Part shown: piece after piece, positions 61,337 through 64,000 of the stretch
Position numbering within the stretch: the stretch's first letter is position 1
Layout: each line of letters starts with the position of its first letter
Assembly: GCA_037444825.1 (NCBI GenBank)
Contig: JBBILR010000014.1
Location: 836-64,835, forward strand
From: Acidobacteriota bacterium
Lineage (GTDB): Bacteria; Acidobacteriota; UBA4820; DSQY01
Length of the DNA: 64,000 bases
Reading direction: 5' to 3'
The notes under the pieces: model-generated
Told to the model about the DNA's origin: nothing
The model's input: the letters and a program-made list of their open reading frames with translations, nothing else
Databases searched by the model: none
Position numbers and translations under genes: made by a program

Positions 61337-64000
61337 ATGCAAGTCTCGGCAAGCGCGCGCCGCCGTTGGGCGCGGCGGATGGTGGTGTGGGTGACGGGGG
61401 TGATCCTGTCGGCGGCCGCTTCGGTCCGTGCCCAGGAGTTCATGGCCGTGGTCCAGGAGATGCCAGGCTTCAAGGCCGAGTCGGCCTACCAGAATTTCGG
61501 CAACGGGGAGAGCGTCAACCTCGCCAACGGCGGACTCACCGTGACCCACGCCTCCGCCGTGGGGCTCCCCCAGAACATGGGGGGTACGCTGCGCCCCGTG
61601 CGGGTCTTCAACACGAAGAACCCGGACGCCCTGTTCCTGACCGCGTGCAACCAGACCGACGACGCCATTGCCTGCGGACCCATGGGCGGCGGGTGGAAGA
61701 TCAGCTACGGGCGCGTGCTTCTGCGGGTGGCCAACGCTTCCCGCATGAACGCCACGGGGTACGTGTCCAGGAGCCAGTACTACTACCAGGACGAGAGCGG
61801 CGCCGAGCACCGGCTGTACCTCGACTCTACGCTCGAAGGGTACGCCGGAGCGAACACCAAACCGAACGGGAGCGCCTGGTACGTCACCAACGACCTGAGC
61901 TTCATCCGGGCGAAGTACTCCACGGCCAGCAACGAGTGGACCCTTTACTTTCCCGACGGCTCCACCCGCATCGCCGGCGGCGCGGGGGGGCTCTACGTGC
62001 CGCCGGCTCCCGGCCCGGTGTACTCCAACGAGGACGGCACCACCTATGTCAGCGGCCTCACCAACAACCGGACCAACGGCTGGTGGGTGCGGAGGATTGT
62101 GGACAGATGCGGAAATGCCATCACCGTGAGCTACTATCCGGTGGAGGGAGCGCACCCCTATCCCGGCTCCATCAAAACCATCACGGACCACTTCGGCCGG
62201 GTCATCACCTTCGGATACAATCCCCAGGGGGTGATCTCCACCCTCACGGGGGCGGGGCTGACGGAAACCTATACGTATTCCCCATCGCCTCAGCGGTTTC
62301 CGCAGTACGAAACCCACGTGGGCGTCGGCGTCTATGTGCCGGCTCTGGTAAGGGTGAGCACCTCCGGTCCGAACGGGGTGGTGGGGCCGGAGATTACCTA
62401 CTCCTATGGCCAGGACCCGGGAACGGAAGGCGTCTACCTCAAGCAGGTCGGATACCCGACGGGGGCCGTTTCCCAGTACACCTACGAGCGAGTCCCTTAT
62501 ACCATCACGTACTTCCCGGCCAACCCGAACCAGGCCGAGCCTACGACCGTTTACACCGACGCGGTCAAGAGCCACACCCTCCGGGTGCGTTCCGTGAGCT
62601 TCACCTCGGGAAACGGTTCCGAATATGCCTTGACGTGGACCTACGACCGCTCCTTTCAACCGGGGTTTTTCCTCGGCCGCACTACGCGGTCGGTCCCGGT
62701 TTCCGTGAAGGACCCCCAGGGGGCCGAGGAGGTGTACTTTTTCACGGCGTCGGACTTTTCCGAGGGGGCCGAACTCTCCCCTGGGCGGGAACTGGCCCGG
62801 CTCCGGCGCCCGCCAGCGACCCCTCCTTGGCCGGCGTTCAATCCAAACAACCACCAGATGGGCCGGATCTGGCAGAAGAACACCTACTACGAATCCGGGG
62901 ACCGCGTGGACGGAGCGGGTCAAGAGCTGGGAGACGCCCACCGCTGCTGGTACGATGGCCCCCAGGGCCCCGCCCCTGTGCCCAAGGGCAACCTCCGGTC
63001 GTGGAGAACCGAAGAGAGAGAGTTCTTGCTGTCCTCGACGACGGAGAAATGGTCCAAGGTCACGGTCAACACCGGATGGGACGGCTTCGGCCACTACCTC
63101 GTTTCGCAGGAAAGCGGGACCAATGCCGCCTATACCCAGGTCACGGCCAGCCAGTACGACTTGAAGAAGGAGCTGACGAGCACCCTATACCAGTTGGACC
63201 GGCTTACGAGGCGCTATTCCGGGGGAGCCACCTTTACCGGGCCGCTGGCCGCCCAGATCATGGCCTTGCCCGTGGACGACCCTCCGCCTCCCACGGGGGT
63301 CTTGGCCCTGGAAGGCCAGTTCGCCGCCGTCTCGCGCGCCTACACCCCCGCGACAGGTCTGGTGAGCCAGGAGATCCGCCATGCCGCCATCCAGACGGCG
63401 TTCAGCTTCTCCTACTCCACCCTGGACCTGAGCGCTCCGGTCTCCTCGCCCGCCGACCCCGCCACGAGCCTCTCCTATACGGCCTCCCCGAGCCCCGTGG
63501 GCTACGGCAACATCCAGTCCGTGACCTACTCGGCGGTCAACGGCGGGCTGGCCCGGACGGCCTCCTTCGCCTGGAACTACGCCATGGTCCGGTCCATGCA
63601 ATGGAGCGGGGTGACCTACTCCGAATTCACCCGGGTCATTGATCCGGCGACGAGCCGGATCGCGAGCCACACGGACGCCAACGGCTTCACCACCGCCTTC
63701 ACCTACGACGCGCTGGGCCGGGTGACGGTGATCAGCCACCCGAGCCCCGAGGCGGCGGAGCGGATCGTGTACCCCGATGACACGCGGCTGTACGGCGGTC
63801 TGGCGTGGCGGACCCATCAGAAGATCCAGTACTATAAAGGAGGCCTCGGCTACGTGCCCAGCCTCACGCCGAGCGCGTATTCCGTGCCGCCCACGATGCT
63901 CCCGGCCATCGAGACGTACGCGGTCTACACCTTCGACGACCTGGGCCGGCTGTGGAAGACCGACCGGGTGGGGCCGGACAACTACTGGATTCAGCGCCTG
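61337..64000 (+). CDS. Secreted YD/RHS-repeat protein (N-terminal 888 codons; continues beyond window end)
   Basis: Absent from the ORF track (no stop inside the window). ATG lies 6 nt after GAGGAGG. N-terminus MQVSASARRRWARRMVVWVTGVILSAAASVRAQE (signal peptide, RR-containing). Hand translation stays open to 64000 and shows repeated YD-type units (DRCGNAITVSYY, DHFGRVITFGYNPQG, GFTTAFTYDALGRVTVI, YTFDDLGRLWKTD). Confidence 0.8.
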   Translation, partial: MQVSASARRRWARRMVVWVTGVILSAAASVRAQEFMAVVQEMPGFKAESAYQNFGNGESVNLANGGLTVTHASAVGLPQNMGGTLRPVRVFNTKNPDALFLTACNQTDDAIACGPMGGGWKISYGRVLLRVANASRMNATGYVSRSQYYYQDESGAEHRLYLDSTLEGYAGANTKPNGSAWYVTNDLSFIRAKYSTASNEWTLYFPDGSTRIAGGAGGLYVPPAPGPVYSNEDGTTYVSGLTNNRTNGWWVRRIVDRCGNAITVSYYPVEGAHPYPGSIKTITDHFGRVITFGYNPQGVISTLTGAGLTETYTYSPSPQRFPQYETHVGVGVYVPALVRVSTSGPNGVVGPEITYSYGQDPGTEGVYLKQVGYPTGAVSQYTYERVPYTITYFPANPNQAEPTTVYTDAVKSHTLRVRSVSFTSGNGSEYALTWTYDRSFQPGFFLGRTTRSVPVSVKDPQGAEEVYFFTASDFSEGAELSPGRELARLRRPPATPPWPAFNPNNHQMGRIWQKNTYYESGDRVDGAGQELGDAHRCWYDGPQGPAPVPKGNLRSWRTEEREFLLSSTTEKWSKVTVNTGWDGFGHYLVSQESGTNAAYTQVTASQYDLKKELTSTLYQLDRLTRRYSGGATFTGPLAAQIMALPVDDPPPPTGVLALEGQFAAVSRAYTPATGLVSQEIRHAAIQTAFSFSYSTLDLSAPVSSPADPATSLSYTASPSPVGYGNIQSVTYSAVNGGLARTASFAWNYAMVRSMQWSGVTYSEFTRVIDPATSRIASHTDANGFTTAFTYDALGRVTVISHPSPEAAERIVYPDDTRLYGGLAWRTHQKIQYYKGGLGYVPSLTPSAYSVPPTMLPAIETYAVYTFDDLGRLWKTDRVGPDNYWIQRL

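Noticed and set aside
61307-63642. Track ORFs 61366-63642 (+, 758 aa) and 61307-63094 (-, 595 aa).
   Set aside because: Both are P/G/R-rich off-frame readings of the YD-repeat gene. The real frame starts at 61337 and has no stop inside the window, which is why it is missing from the track.

Overview
High-GC (roughly 70% by eye) bacterial chromosomal segment, densely packed with about 60 genes and strong GGAGG-type Shine-Dalgarno sites. Gene content looks Acidobacteriota-like, but that is an unverified guess. All calls come from motifs read in the translations; no searches were run. Because of the GC content most long ORFs in the track are antisense or off-frame artefacts, and I kept only frames with recognisable motifs, high GC3 and an SD.

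Gene order along the window:
- 1-2088 (-): response regulator (cut by the window start) plus a hybrid histidine kinase.
- 2304-5486: a TPR + double retropepsin-like aspartic protease, an orphan TolQ/ExbB-like channel protein, and a DUF2400/TIGR02757 glycosylase-like protein.
- 5466-10564 (-): pilT, a 163-aa hypothetical, ftsK, a DUF302 protein and a lipoprotein.
- 10801-15618: a 1605-aa secreted multidomain protein.
- 15836-23923: a complete, translationally coupled his operon (hisD-hisC-HAD-hisB-hisH-hisA-hisF-hisIE-hisZ-hisG).
- 23951-26686: tRNA-Pro(CGG), cysE and an M1 aminopeptidase.
- 26861-31938: rplY-pth, then rpsF-rpsR-rplI running on into membrane, VanZ and GGDEF genes.
- 32124-37886: purD, a class III aminotransferase, an MBL hydrolase, folK, der and a DUF59 protein.
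- 38074-41194: an alanine dehydrogenase-family protein, a 4-hydroxybutyrate-type CoA transferase, a SelW-like selenoprotein and a hypothetical.
- 41216-46354: cstA, a quinone oxidoreductase and hslVU.
- 46374-58634: a FadR-like regulator divergent from a beta-oxidation/methylmalonyl cluster.
- 58861-64000: maeB, then a YD/RHS-repeat gene that runs off the window end.

Main second-look items:
1. A candidate His-codon leader-peptide attenuator directly in front of hisD.
2. A TGA-encoded SelW/Rdx-type selenoprotein with an fdhF-like SECIS hairpin, missed by the ORF track.
3. An HAD hydrolase embedded in the his operon, a candidate for the missing histidinol-phosphate phosphatase.
4. Nine of ten 4-nt start/stop overlaps have the form CC(G/A)TGA, so the upstream protein ends in Pro.
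5. The YD/RHS-repeat gene after maeB, which looks somewhat lower in GC by eye.

I saw no CRISPR array, rRNA, transposase or integrase.
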